64,000 nucleotides of DNA from an uncultured Prevotellaceae bacterium (GCA_900316355.1 ONCQ01000003.1:6113-70112); one strand, 5' to 3'. Positions 45,820-57,330 are shown, numbered from the stretch's first letter. Translations and numbers: made by a program. Notes: a model not told the origin generated them from the letters alone.

Positions 45820-47601
45820 ATGAATCTGCAAAAGTCGAAAACGGATATACGCCAATTCTTCAGCACGTCACAGAATTGGAAGAGGCTGGCGCTCTTCGTG
45901 GTGACGCTGTTGCTGCTGGAGGCCATCTCCGGCATACAGTATCTCTACACGCACAACCTGCTCGATGACGAGCTGGAGCGCCTTGCCATCTCGCACCTCG
46001 ATTACAAGGCACAGACGCTGCACCACACCATGAAAACCGCTGAACAACGCATGGAGGACTATCTGTGGGACATCCAGCGCAACCTGCATAACTCCGACTC
46101 TATCATCGCCGTGACGCGCAGGCTGCTGCCGGACAGCGGCATCGTGGAGGGCGTGTGTATGGCTTTTGTGCCCAACTACTACCCCGCGAAAGGGCGTCTC
46201 TTCGAGCCCTATGTACACAGGTCGGGAGACAGCGTCATCGTCGAACAGTTGGGCAACGAGGAGCATGACTACACGAAGCACCCCACCTTCCAATGGGCGG
46301 TGGAGCACCGCAAGAAGACGTGGAGCGACCCCTATGTCTATGATAGCGAGTCGGGACCGCAGGCGCTGACATCCTTCGCCTACCCCGTGACCGACGGCAA
46401 GGGAAACCTGGTGGCGGTGGCGGGCTTGGATGTCTCGCTGTCATGGCTGGGTGCCACGCTGAACATGCAGCAGTTCTACCCCTCGTCGTTCTGCCTGTTC
46501 CTCACGCCTGGCGGTCAGCTGATTTCCGGGCCTTCCAACATCAAGGAGTCATGGCTGCAGGAGGTGGCGCGACTCATCAATGACAGCACCGTGAAGGCGA
46601 TGCCCACGACGATGCCCACGACGCGCATGAAACCCTTCTACGACAAAGGCAAGGACGACACCGGCTACATCTACTACATGCAGATGGAGCATTCGCCATA
46701 CTGGCAGGTGGCACTGGTGTGCTACGACAAGGAAGCCTTCGGCGCGCTGTACACCATCCGCCGGCAGATGTTCTTGGTGATGCTGGCAGGTTTCCTGTTG
46801 CTGGGCTTCATCGTGTATCGCTATGTCCGCAACCTCATCCGTCTGCAGGAGGCTGACATGGAGAAGAAGCGCATCAGCGGCGAGCTGCGCATCGCGCGCG
46901 ACATCCAGAAGCAGATGCTGCCCGAGAGCTTCCCGCCCTTCCCCGAGCGCCACGACATCGACATCTTCGGCTCGCTGGAGCCCGCCAAGGAGGTGGGCGG
47001 CGACCTCTTCGACTTCTTCATCCGCGACGAGCACCTCTTCTTCTGCATCGGCGATGTCAGCGGCAAGGGCGTGCCCTCGGCGCTGGTGATGGCGCAGACG
47101 CACTCCCTCTTCCGCATGGTCGCGGGCAGCGAGAGCGACCCCGCCCGGATGATGCAGGCCATCAACAGGATCTCCTGCGAGGGCAACGAATCGAATATGT
47201 TCGTGACCTTCTTCCTCGGCGTCCTCGACCTGGCCACGGGGCATCTGTGCTACTGCAATGCCGGCCACGACCAGCCCTTCCTGCTGCGCGATGATGCCGC
47301 TCCGGTGCTGCTGTCGGCGCAGGCCAACATCCCGCTGGGCGTCTTCAATGATTTCTGCTATGAGGCGCAGGAGGCAACGCTCGCTCCTGGCACCACGATA
47401 TTCCTCTACACCGACGGTCTGACAGAAGCCAAGAACCTGCGGCGCAAGCTCTTCGGCATGGAGCGCATCACCGCCGCACTGACACCTGCCGCCACCTGTC
47501 AGCAGCTGCTCGAAGGCATGAGCGAGGCTGTGCGCCGCTTCGTGGAGGATGCCGAACAGAGCGACGACCTGACGATGCTCGCCATCCGCTATACCCTTTA
47601 A
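45820..47601 (+). CDS. PP2C-family (SpoIIE/RsbU-like) serine phosphatase with an N-terminal membrane-anchored sensor domain
   Basis: PP2C motifs GGDLFDF, GDVSGKG and DGLTEA. TM near the N-terminus. TAGTTTTG box at 45808-45815, possibly a leaderless start. Confidence 0.75.
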   Translation: MNLQKSKTDIRQFFSTSQNWKRLALFVVTLLLLEAISGIQYLYTHNLLDDELERLAISHLDYKAQTLHHTMKTAEQRMEDYLWDIQRNLHNSDSIIAVTRRLLPDSGIVEGVCMAFVPNYYPAKGRLFEPYVHRSGDSVIVEQLGNEEHDYTKHPTFQWAVEHRKKTWSDPYVYDSESGPQALTSFAYPVTDGKGNLVAVAGLDVSLSWLGATLNMQQFYPSSFCLFLTPGGQLISGPSNIKESWLQEVARLINDSTVKAMPTTMPTTRMKPFYDKGKDDTGYIYYMQMEHSPYWQVALVCYDKEAFGALYTIRRQMFLVMLAGFLLLGFIVYRYVRNLIRLQEADMEKKRISGELRIARDIQKQMLPESFPPFPERHDIDIFGSLEPAKEVGGDLFDFFIRDEHLFFCIGDVSGKGVPSALVMAQTHSLFRMVAGSESDPARMMQAINRISCEGNESNMFVTFFLGVLDLATGHLCYCNAGHDQPFLLRDDAAPVLLSAQANIPLGVFNDFCYEAQEATLAPGTTIFLYTDGLTEAKNLRRKLFGMERITAALTPAATCQQLLEGMSEAVRRFVEDAEQSDDLTMLAIRYTL

Positions 47602-47624
47602 CTTACCCTTTATCCCTCAACCCT

Positions 47625-48992
47625 ATGAACGCAACCCCCCTCCAGATGACTCTTTCCACGACAACTCTGCGCCTGCTGACACTCGTCGGGTGGTTGGCAT
47701 GGTCGATGACCGCTGTGGCACAGGACGATGCGTCCAAGCCTGCCGAAGAGAAAGAGAAGGAGAACACCTTCACCGTGGACCTTGACTTCCTGACACGTGG
47801 CGAGTTGAGGTATGGCGGACTTACAGACAATAAGCAAAAAATCGACAAGCCCTCGAGTTTCCTGCTCGAACGTACACGTGTGGTCCTCGGCTACGAGCGT
47901 AAATACATCCAGGCCAATGTCACCATCCAGCACGCGGGCATCTGGGGACAGGAGGGGCGCGGCGCCTTCAACCTCAACGAGGCGTGGGTCAAGCTGACCT
48001 CCAAGCAAGGGCTCTTTGCACAGGTGGGTCGTCAGGCTTTCGCCTACGACGATGAGCGTATCATAGGTCCCAATGACTGGGCCGTGGCCAGCCTCTCGCA
48101 CGATGCCGTGAAGGTGGGCTACGAAGGCTATTGGCATAAGGCGCACGCCATCTTCTCGTATAACCAGAACTCGATGGCGGATGAGTTGGGCGGCACCTAC
48201 TACAAAGATGGTGCCATGCCCTATAAGATGATGCAGACGGTGTGGTACCACTATGACGTGCCTGTGTTCCCTCTGGGCGCCTCGCTGCTCTTCATGAACA
48301 TCGGCATGCAGGCCGGCGCAAAAGATACCGATACGGAGCGCACCGAATGGCAGCAGCTGGTGGGCGCCTACGTGCGCTTCGCCCCCGAGAAATGGTCGCT
48401 GGAGGGCTCCTACTACCGACAGATGGGACATGACGAACATGGCCTCAAGATCAATGCGTGGATGGCCAGCGCCTTGGCAACGCTATCCCCAAAGCCCACC
48501 TATGGCTTCATGGCGGGCTATGACTACCTGAGCGGCGACCCCTTCTTCTTCGTGCCCGCGACGGGTAACCTAGGACTTGTCCGCCAAACAGAGATTCAAG
48601 GCTTCAACCCTGTCTATGGTTCCCATCATAAGTTCTATGGCGCCATGGACTTCTTCTATATGTCTGCCTACTACGGCGGCTTCACACCCGGCTTGCAGAA
48701 CGCCTTTGCCGGCGGCCATGTGTCGCCCGTCAAAGGCCTCGATGTCAGCGCGACCTATCATTTCATGGCCACCGCCACCAAGCTAAAGGATATGAGTAAG
48801 GTGCTCGGACATCAGGTGGAGGTGGAGGTGTCGTATAGCTTCCTTAAGTTCTGCACGCTCGCTGCCGGCTACACCTATATGCACGGCAGCGAGGCCATGG
48901 AGCGCCTGCGCCGCAGTACCGAGAAGCGTCATCTGCACTGGGGATGGCTGAAGCTCAGTGTCTCGCCGCGCGTGTTCTACGTCAAGTGGTGA
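47625..48992 (+). CDS. Putative outer-membrane beta-barrel protein (porin or alginate-export-like)
   Basis: Signal peptide, alternating amphipathic beta-strand pattern, aromatic C-terminus ...RVFYVKW. Confidence 0.45.
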   Translation: MNATPLQMTLSTTTLRLLTLVGWLAWSMTAVAQDDASKPAEEKEKENTFTVDLDFLTRGELRYGGLTDNKQKIDKPSSFLLERTRVVLGYERKYIQANVTIQHAGIWGQEGRGAFNLNEAWVKLTSKQGLFAQVGRQAFAYDDERIIGPNDWAVASLSHDAVKVGYEGYWHKAHAIFSYNQNSMADELGGTYYKDGAMPYKMMQTVWYHYDVPVFPLGASLLFMNIGMQAGAKDTDTERTEWQQLVGAYVRFAPEKWSLEGSYYRQMGHDEHGLKINAWMASALATLSPKPTYGFMAGYDYLSGDPFFFVPATGNLGLVRQTEIQGFNPVYGSHHKFYGAMDFFYMSAYYGGFTPGLQNAFAGGHVSPVKGLDVSATYHFMATATKLKDMSKVLGHQVEVEVSYSFLKFCTLAAGYTYMHGSEAMERLRRSTEKRHLHWGWLKLSVSPRVFYVKW

Positions 48993-49543
48993 CAGATGGT
49001 GTAGAGGTAGCGCCCGTCAGGTGCTATGGCGGTGTCGAAGGTGACATCGTCGCGCAGTAGCGCCTCCTTCAGATGGCCGTTGATACCCTCGCCGGTGAGC
49101 TTCAGCAATGCCTCCTTCATCGTCCACAGTCGCGTGAAGGCCAGCGCGGGGTCTGCGGCACTCCTTATCTCCTCCAATTCCTGCGGATTCATCGTGTATT
49201 CTGCCAGCCCGTCGCGTAGCCGGTGCACCGTCTCCACATCCACGCCCACGGGGCGGTTGTCCACGAAGCATATCACCGCCTCGCGGCAGTGGCTGATGTT
49301 GAAATGAATCTCGGGGTGGCCGTCGATGGCGGGCTTCCCGTGGTCACCGAAGATGAGGTGGGGCTTCGCCGTGATGCCATACTCCGCGCGCAGACCCTCG
49401 CACAGCAGCAGGTAGGCCGCCGCGCAGGTGCGCTGTCCCAACTCATAGCGGTAGCGGAGCGCCTGCTCGCGGCGCTGCTCCGACAGCTGCGAGAGCGCTG
49501 CTGGAAGGTCGAAGTCCATGAGATGGTCATTGAGGTAGAGCAT
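48977..49543 (-). CDS. 4'-phosphopantetheinyl transferase (Sfp/EntD family)
   Basis: GKP...DGHPEIHFNISHC and the VGVDVE...WTMKEALLK motifs. Confidence 0.8.
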   Translation of the reverse strand: MLYLNDHLMDFDLPAALSQLSEQRREQALRYRYELGQRTCAAAYLLLCEGLRAEYGITAKPHLIFGDHGKPAIDGHPEIHFNISHCREAVICFVDNRPVGVDVETVHRLRDGLAEYTMNPQELEEIRSAADPALAFTRLWTMKEALLKLTGEGINGHLKEALLRDDVTFDTAIAPDGRYLYTICHHLT

Positions 49544-49590
49544 CGCGTATGTACGTAGGTGTGTTCTTTATCCGTAGGCCGTGGCCCTCG

Positions 49591-49630
49591 TATGAAAAAG
49601 TCCGCAACCTCCGAAGAGAATTGCGGACCA
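49591..49630 (-). terminator. Intrinsic terminator after the tRNA-Asn pair
   Basis: On the minus strand, GTCCGCAA-loop-TTGCGGAC followed by TTTTTCAT. Confidence 0.6.
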
Positions 49631-49638
49631 ACGCCCTG

Positions 49639-49712
49639 CGCTCCAGGATGGGCTTGAACCAACGACCCCCTGATTAACAGTCAGGTGCTCTAACCAACTG
49701 AGCTACTGAAGC
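49639..49712 (-). tRNA. tRNA-Asn (anticodon GUU), copy 1
   Basis: Hand fold. Acceptor GCTTCAG/CTGGAGC, D-arm GCTC-AGTTGGTTA-GAGC, anticodon arm CCTGA-CTGTTAA-TCAGG, T-arm with one mismatch, discriminator G. Confidence 0.8.
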
Positions 49713-49764
49713 AGTTACATCGCCCTCGGGAGGGCCCCCTCGGGAATGGCTCTTCTGAGTCTTG

Positions 49765-49838
49765 CGCTCCAGGATGGGCTTGAACCAACGACCCCCTGAT
49801 TAACAGTCAGGTGCTCTAACCAACTGAGCTACTGAAGC
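49765..49838 (-). tRNA. tRNA-Asn (anticodon GUU), copy 2, identical to copy 1
   Basis: Same 74-nt sequence repeated 126 bp upstream. Confidence 0.8.
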
Positions 49839-49927
49839 AGTTTTTTAGGCTTTTTCTCAGAATTGCGGGGCAAAAGTAGTGCTTTTCTCAAAAATAAGCA
49901 ATACTTTTGCAGAAAAATTTCCGAATC

Positions 49928-50917
49928 ATGACAAAAATCATAGGAATTGGCAATGCTCTGGTGGACATTTTGGTGTATTTGCCTGACGAAAAGCTGCTCC
50001 ACGAGATGAGCTTGCCTAAGGGCGGCATGACGCATATCGACCGCAAGGGACTCATGCGCCTGCGACAGCGACTGGTGGGTATGCCGGTGGAGCGCGCCAC
50101 GGGCGGTAGTGCCGCCAACACCATCCATGCGCTGGCTGTGCTGGGCAATGCCACGGGCATCATTGGTGCCGTGGGCGACGATGAGACGGGGCGTTTCTTC
50201 GCCGAGCAGGCGCGCAGCAGAGGCATCGACACACACCTCGCCGTCATCGCCGATGAGCAGACAGGCACCGCCAACACCCTCATCACCCCCGACCACGAGC
50301 GCACCTTCGCCACACACCTCGGCGCTGCCGTGCAGCTCGGTGAGGCGCTGAAGGAGGTGAACCTCGCGGACTACGACATCCTGCACATCGAGGGCTACCT
50401 GCTGCAGGACCATATCCAGCTGGGCGAGATCCTGAAAGCGGCGAAGGAAGCGGGGCTCACGGTGAGCTACGATCTGGCATCGTGGAACATCGTCCGAGAC
50501 CACCGCGCACTCATCACCGGCTTTATCCGCGACTATGTCGATATCGCCTTCGCCAACGAGGAGGAGGCTACGGCTTTCTGCGGGCAGAACGATGCCGAAG
50601 CCGCACTGCGACAGCTGGCTGCCATCACGGACATCGCCGTCGTGAAGGTGGGCAAGCGCGGGGCACTGGGCATGTCGCGCGCCACAGGCGACGAGATAGT
50701 CTATGCACCCATTACGGAGAACATAGAGGTCTTGGATACCACCGCCGCCGGTGACTTCTTCGCTGCCGGATTCCTCCACGGCTACATCCACGGCGAGCCC
50801 CTCGCCACCTGCATGAACTACGGCAACCGAACGGCTGCCGAGGTGATTCAGGTGATGGGCACAAAAGTGGAGCCGGAGCGACTGCGAAAAGCAATTGAAT
50901 TGACCATCGAGAATTAA
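49928..50917 (+). CDS. PfkB-family carbohydrate/nucleoside kinase (adenosine-kinase-like)
   Basis: Ribokinase-family motifs GGSAANT and the DTTAAGD anion-hole region. TACTTTTG box at 49902-49909. Confidence 0.75.
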   Translation: MTKIIGIGNALVDILVYLPDEKLLHEMSLPKGGMTHIDRKGLMRLRQRLVGMPVERATGGSAANTIHALAVLGNATGIIGAVGDDETGRFFAEQARSRGIDTHLAVIADEQTGTANTLITPDHERTFATHLGAAVQLGEALKEVNLADYDILHIEGYLLQDHIQLGEILKAAKEAGLTVSYDLASWNIVRDHRALITGFIRDYVDIAFANEEEATAFCGQNDAEAALRQLAAITDIAVVKVGKRGALGMSRATGDEIVYAPITENIEVLDTTAAGDFFAAGFLHGYIHGEPLATCMNYGNRTAAEVIQVMGTKVEPERLRKAIELTIEN

Positions 50918-50924
50918 AAATCGT

Positions 50925-50995
50925 TATAACGGAATTACGGAACTACGGAATTACGGAATTACGGAACTAACGAAATTACGTTATTACGAAAAAGC
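50925..50995. repeat. GGAATTACGGAACTACG tandem array
   Basis: Direct reading, in the intergenic region downstream of the PfkB gene. Confidence 0.7.
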
Positions 50996-51003
50996 ACCCC
51001 ATA

Positions 51004-52632
51004 ATGAATAAACTTCTCATCTTCTCTTTATCCCTTATTCTTTTTCCGCTGTCAATATCTGCTCAAGAGCGGAAGGGGCAGACAGGCTTCGATGTGTCGC
51101 GCAATCTGGAAGTCTTTGCCGATATCTACCGCCAGCTGGATTTGTTCTATGTCGATACACTGTCGGCGGACACCTGTGTGCGCAGGGCCATCGACGGTAT
51201 GCTCGCGGAGATAGACCCCTACACTGTCTTCTACCCCGGCGATGATCAGGACGAGCTGCGCACGATGACCACCGGACGCTATGCCGGCATCGGCGCCATC
51301 ATAAGGCCCTACAAGCAGGAGGACCGCGCCGCCATCGAGGAGCCCTACGAGGGCAGCCCTGCACAGGAGGCAGGCGTGCGCGCCGGCGATGTCATCCTCA
51401 CCATCGACGGCAAGGATGTCAAGGGGTGGCCCATCGCCGATGTCAGCAAGAACCTGCGCGGTGAACCTGGTACCACCTTCGAGCTGCGCGTGCGACGCCT
51501 CGGCGAGAAGAAACCGCTGTCATTCAAGCTCACGCGACGACAGATACAGACGCCCGCCGTGCCCTGGTACGGGATCGTGGACGAGCAGGCGCACATAGGC
51601 TATCTCTATCTCTCCAGCGTCACCGACCGCTGCTCGCGCGACGTGCGCTATGCCATCACCGAGATGAAGCAGCAGGGCATGGAGCGACTGGTGTTGGACC
51701 TGCGCGACAACCCCGGCGGCGCCATCGTGGAGGCCGTGGAGATTGTGGGGATGTTCGTGCCACGAGGCAGTCTCGTAGTGTCCACGAAGGGTAAGGTGGC
51801 GGCCAGCAACCATGAGTACCGCACGCCCGAAGAGCCTTTGGACTCCGTGATGCCCCTCGCCGTGCTGGTGAACAGCAACTCAGCCTCGGCAGCCGAGATC
51901 ATCAGCGGCGCACTGCAGGACCTCGACCGCGCCGTCATCCTCGGTCAGCGCACCTATGGCAAGGGGCTCGTGCAGGGCATCCGCGAGGTGCCCTACCGCG
52001 GACAGCTCAAGATCACCACCGCGCGCTACTACATCCCCTCGGGGCGCTGCATACAAGCCTATGACTACCGCCACCGCACCCTCGACGGCGCTGCCACGAC
52101 GCTCCCCGACAGCCTCACGCGTGAGTTCCGCACACGCCTCGGGCGCCCTGTGCGCGACGGCGGAGGCATACTCCCCGACAGCATACTGGCTGTGGATAGC
52201 GTGCCAGCGATGGTCTATGACCTCTACAATTCCGATGCCTTCTTCAACTATGCCAATCAATATGTGGCAGCGCATCCCACGATGGCAGCACCTGCTGACT
52301 TCACGCTCACGGACAACGACTACGACGCCTTCGTGGAGTCTGTGGTGGTCAGCGACTTCAAGTACAACGGACGCATGGAGTCTGCCCTCAACCACTTGCG
52401 CCAGCTGGCGCGCGTCGAGGGGCGCTTGGATGTGATTCAGGAAGAGCTGGAGATACTGGAAGAAAAACTTAACAAAACAGACTTGCGTGCCGACCTCATC
52501 CGCTTCCGGCAGCACATACAACCCTATCTGGAAACGGCACTCGTCAGCCGCTACTACTACCAGCGCGGTGCCCTGCAGCATCAGACGATTCACGACAAGG
52601 GCATACGCAAGGCTATCGAAGTGCTGCGCTGA
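51004..52632 (+). CDS. ctpA: Carboxyl-terminal processing protease (S41) with PDZ domain
   Basis: Signal peptide, PDZ (GVRAGDVILTIDGKDV), catalytic Ser region GALQDLDRAVILGQRTYGKG and the LVNSNSASAAEI region. Confidence 0.85.
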   Translation: MNKLLIFSLSLILFPLSISAQERKGQTGFDVSRNLEVFADIYRQLDLFYVDTLSADTCVRRAIDGMLAEIDPYTVFYPGDDQDELRTMTTGRYAGIGAIIRPYKQEDRAAIEEPYEGSPAQEAGVRAGDVILTIDGKDVKGWPIADVSKNLRGEPGTTFELRVRRLGEKKPLSFKLTRRQIQTPAVPWYGIVDEQAHIGYLYLSSVTDRCSRDVRYAITEMKQQGMERLVLDLRDNPGGAIVEAVEIVGMFVPRGSLVVSTKGKVAASNHEYRTPEEPLDSVMPLAVLVNSNSASAAEIISGALQDLDRAVILGQRTYGKGLVQGIREVPYRGQLKITTARYYIPSGRCIQAYDYRHRTLDGAATTLPDSLTREFRTRLGRPVRDGGGILPDSILAVDSVPAMVYDLYNSDAFFNYANQYVAAHPTMAAPADFTLTDNDYDAFVESVVVSDFKYNGRMESALNHLRQLARVEGRLDVIQEELEILEEKLNKTDLRADLIRFRQHIQPYLETALVSRYYYQRGALQHQTIHDKGIRKAIEVLR

Positions 52633-52671
52633 AGCCTACATCCAGCACCTCAGACACTTCACGCCGCCACC

Positions 52672-53391
52672 TTAGTCAAACACCTCCGCCAGCACGCTGA
52701 GGCTGTGCGTCTCCGGGAACTCAGGGATGTGCAGGCGGTAGAAGTCGCAGATAATCTCCAACGTGCGCCGACGGATAGCGCGGTTGAGGCCTACGGCACG
52801 CATCGAGCGCAGGTCCATGCGCAAGAACTTTGGCACCAGTGCCGCCTCCTCCGGCTCCAAGTAATATATATGGTACGGGCGCGTGCGCGAAAATATCGCC
52901 GCTTGTAGGTCGAAGTAATCGCCCTCGTGCCAGTCCTCCACATTCGGCAGGAAGCCCAGGAAGCGCGTCAGATGCAGCAGAAAGATGATATGGAAGTTCA
53001 CGTAGTGCTGATTGCTCTCGTCGAACCATGTCAGCGCATTGACGATGAACTCGAACAGCGGCTGGTTGTCCTGCTCGTGGTGCAGAGCGTGGTACAGCAT
53101 ATCGCTGAGGTAGAGACCAATCGCCGTCTTTTGAGGGTCGCTGTGCAATGTGCGCCAGGGACGCCATAGTGCCAGCGTCTGCGGCTTCTGCAGCGATGCG
53201 TGCTGGCGCGGCTCCCAGATGACTTCCACCAGTGACAGCGGTTGCCACGCCACCGCCCGCATACCGCTGCGCCGCTGCCGCGTGGCAGGCACGATGAACG
53301 ACACCGTCCCCGCCGCTGCCGTGAAAATTTCAACAATCATGCGGGTGTCGTTGTAACGAAGAGAATGAAGAACGATGCCGTAGGTGTGCAT
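52672..53391 (-). CDS. recO: DNA repair protein RecO
   Basis: Bacteroidetes RecO N-terminus MHTYGIVLHSLRYNDTRMIVEIFT. The upstream 15 codons were excluded. Confidence 0.7.
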   Translation of the reverse strand: MHTYGIVLHSLRYNDTRMIVEIFTAAAGTVSFIVPATRQRRSGMRAVAWQPLSLVEVIWEPRQHASLQKPQTLALWRPWRTLHSDPQKTAIGLYLSDMLYHALHHEQDNQPLFEFIVNALTWFDESNQHYVNFHIIFLLHLTRFLGFLPNVEDWHEGDYFDLQAAIFSRTRPYHIYYLEPEEAALVPKFLRMDLRSMRAVGLNRAIRRRTLEIICDFYRLHIPEFPETHSLSVLAEVFD

Positions 53392-53524
53392 TTTAGGCGA
53401 TTGACTGTTGGCGATTGACTGTCGGTTGTCGGACAATTGGCTAATTCCGCTGCAAAAGTAGTGAAAAATGATTTACGGGAGAATATTTTTCGTGGAAATG
53501 TTTGGCGCGTATTGATTTTTGCCG

Positions 53525-53532
53525 TACCTTTG
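53525..53532 (+). promoter_or_regulatory. TAnnTTTG -7 box (TACCTTTG) upstream of tRNA-Glu
   Basis: Motif match 21 nt upstream of the tRNA 5' end. Confidence 0.45.
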
Positions 53533-53552
53533 CACCCGAAAAAACAGGCACC

Positions 53553-53624
53553 GGTCCATTCGTCTATCGGTTAGGACGAGAGATTTTCATTCTCTAAAGA
53601 GCAGTTCGACTCTGCTATGGACTA
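53553..53624 (+). tRNA. tRNA-Glu (anticodon UUC), upstream of rpsT
   Basis: Hand fold. Acceptor GGTCCAT/ATGGACT (G1-U72 wobble), D-arm GTCT-ATCGGTTA-GGAC, anticodon arm AGAGA-TTTTCAT-TCTCT, T-arm AGCAG-TTCGACT-CTGCT. The 5' GGTCCATTCGTCTA is typical of tRNA-Glu. Confidence 0.65.
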
Positions 53625-53653
53625 CTATTAAACATTAAACTATTATAAGATAA

Positions 53654-53908
53654 ATGGCAAATCATAAGTCATCCTTAAAGAGAATCCGTCAGGAGCAGAA
53701 GCGCCGCCTTCATAACCGCTACTACGCAAAGGCTATGCGCGCTGCTGTGCGCACACTGCGCGCTACCACCGACAAGGCTGAGGCCGAGAAGCAGTACCCC
53801 GCTGTCCAGAAGATGCTAGACAAGTTGGCTAAGGTACATATCATCCACAAGAATAAGGCTTCCAACCTCAAGTCGAAGCTCGCTCGTCATATCCAGAAAC
53901 TCGGATAA
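53654..53908 (+). CDS. rpsT: 30S ribosomal protein S20
   Basis: [33 protein letters not shown]. Confidence 0.9.
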   Translation: MANHKSSLKRIRQEQKRRLHNRYYAKAMRAAVRTLRATTDKAEAEKQYPAVQKMLDKLAKVHIIHKNKASNLKSKLARHIQKLG

Positions 53909-53990
53909 GACAAACCACCTGTAATGCATGTTTCCATCCCCGTTTGAACAGATTGTTCAAACAAGTCCATAGCAATTTTAAGAATTCGTG

Positions 53991-54028
53991 GGAACAATGG
54001 GCCGTGAGGTTCATTGTTCCTTTTTTTT
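53991..54028 (+). terminator. Rho-independent terminator after rpsT
   Basis: GGAACAATG-GGCCGTGAGGTT-CATTGTTCC followed by TTTTTTTT. Confidence 0.75.
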
Positions 54029-54144
54029 GTGTTCTTTGGGGCTCATAAACAATCGCGCGCGTGTGCGTGTGTGCGCGCGTGTGAAAAAGTGTGAAAAGCC
54101 GAAAAACTTTAAACCGTAAGCTTTCGACTTTAAACTTTTCTTGC

Positions 54145-54152
54145 TATCTTTG
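54145..54152 (+). promoter_or_regulatory. TAnnTTTG -7 box (TATCTTTG) upstream of gyrB
   Basis: Motif match 27 nt upstream of the ATG. Confidence 0.45.
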
Positions 54153-54172
54153 CACGCAAAATCAAGCAATAA

Positions 54173-56143
<1,971 letters not shown>

Positions 56144-56217
56144 TTGGCTTCTGGCTGTTCTTCGAGGTGTCGAAGCGTCCTTTGGCCGAGCGGGTCTTTT
56201 GCCTTCGGCTTTACAAT

Positions 56218-56262
56218 AATCGCCCATTTCATCGAATCCTTATTCCGATGGAATGGGCGATT
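56218..56262. terminator. Imperfect long hairpin between convergent gyrB and alkD-like genes
   Basis: AATCGCCCATT...AATGGGCGATT arms. No strong U-tract on either side. Confidence 0.3.
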
Positions 56263-56291
56263 CCTTTGTGGTGCTGTCGCTGCGCTTAGGG

Positions 56292-57059
56292 TTACAGCGC
56301 CATCCAATAGTGCCGCTCGTCGGCATCCATCTTCTCGATAGCATAGCGGAGAGTGGTGCGGTGCATCTCGTGGATGTGCTGACGTAGGAAGTCGCGCAGC
56401 AGTTCCATGGATATGCGCTTGCCCATCTCACGTAGCATCCAGCCCACAGCCTTATGCATCAGATCGTGAGGGTGATGCAGGTGACGCTCGGCATAACGCA
56501 GGCACCACGTGGGGTCGCCAGCCTGTGATGTCGTCCATGTGCATACAATGCTCATGCGTTGCCGCCAGAGACTGTTGCTGTCAGCCAAGGCGTCCAGTGT
56601 CATGCGTGCACGGTCACCGTCAGTGAGCAACACCCACTTTCCCAATATCTTCGGTGCCGTCAAGTCCACCAAGTCCCAGTTGCTGGCACGTTCGGCATAC
56701 TGCAGGTACAGCGTCAGGATTTCTTCCCGTTGCCTGATGGCCTCGGCATCATGGAGAAGGCGCTTCGCGGTTGCTCTCTCGAACTTTGCCACCATGACGA
56801 GCAGCCCGCACAGCCGCACCTCATGCCACGGTGACATCAGCAGCTTCGGCACCTCGCTGAGTGGGAGTTCATGCCACACCTGTCTGGCGATGTCGCGTGT
56901 CTGTGGCACTTTAAGTCCAAGGAACTCATCCCCCTCGCCATATTCACCGGCTCCAGTCTTGAAGAAACCCATCAGCACCCGCCGCTGCTCCTCATCGTGC
57001 AGCGATTCCATATACCTTATGATGTCCTTAGCCTTTGGTTTCATCATTTCTAATAACAC
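56292..57059 (-). CDS. DNA alkylation repair protein (AlkD-like HEAT-repeat glycosylase family)
   Basis: DNA_alkylation family signature. Helical repeats with a WHEVRLCGLLVM-type core and the C-terminal RTTLRYAIEK. Confidence 0.65.
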   Translation of the reverse strand: MLLEMMKPKAKDIIRYMESLHDEEQRRVLMGFFKTGAGEYGEGDEFLGLKVPQTRDIARQVWHELPLSEVPKLLMSPWHEVRLCGLLVMVAKFERATAKRLLHDAEAIRQREEILTLYLQYAERASNWDLVDLTAPKILGKWVLLTDGDRARMTLDALADSNSLWRQRMSIVCTWTTSQAGDPTWCLRYAERHLHHPHDLMHKAVGWMLREMGKRISMELLRDFLRQHIHEMHRTTLRYAIEKMDADERHYWMAL

Positions 57060-57219
57060 TTCGACGTTATTTCTGTTGCAAAAATACTTATTAGCTTTTT
57101 ATCTGAGCAGGAATCGGTACATTTTTGCACTCATTTCATGTTTTTTCTTTCTGCCGACACATTTTGTCGGTGGATATTTCTATCTTTGTGGCGTCGAAAG
57201 TACAAGGAAACCGTATCCT

Positions 57220-57330
57220 GTGATAGAATCTTATGGAACATTTTATTGTCCAATACGCGGTAGCTATAATATTCATTACGACTTCGGTGTGGATATGCTA
57301 AGACTGCTAGTGGACGTGGAATCCTGATGA
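57220..57330 (+). pseudogene. Degenerate copy of a 46-aa zinc-ribbon mini-ORF
   Basis: About 85% identical at DNA level to 57687-57827. It has a GTG start, CPIRGS instead of CPICGS, and two 1-bp deletions that shift the frame before the second CxxC. Confidence 0.5.

Noticed and set aside
11148-50995. Possible CRISPR arrays, suggested by the many short repeats
   Set aside because: The repeats are contiguous tandem units without unique spacers of regular length. No cas genes are present and the units differ between loci.
56509-57327. 272-aa plus-strand ORF
   Set aside because: It is antisense to the alkD-like gene for most of its length. Only its 3' tail (57220-57330) is meaningful, as the degenerate zinc-ribbon copy.
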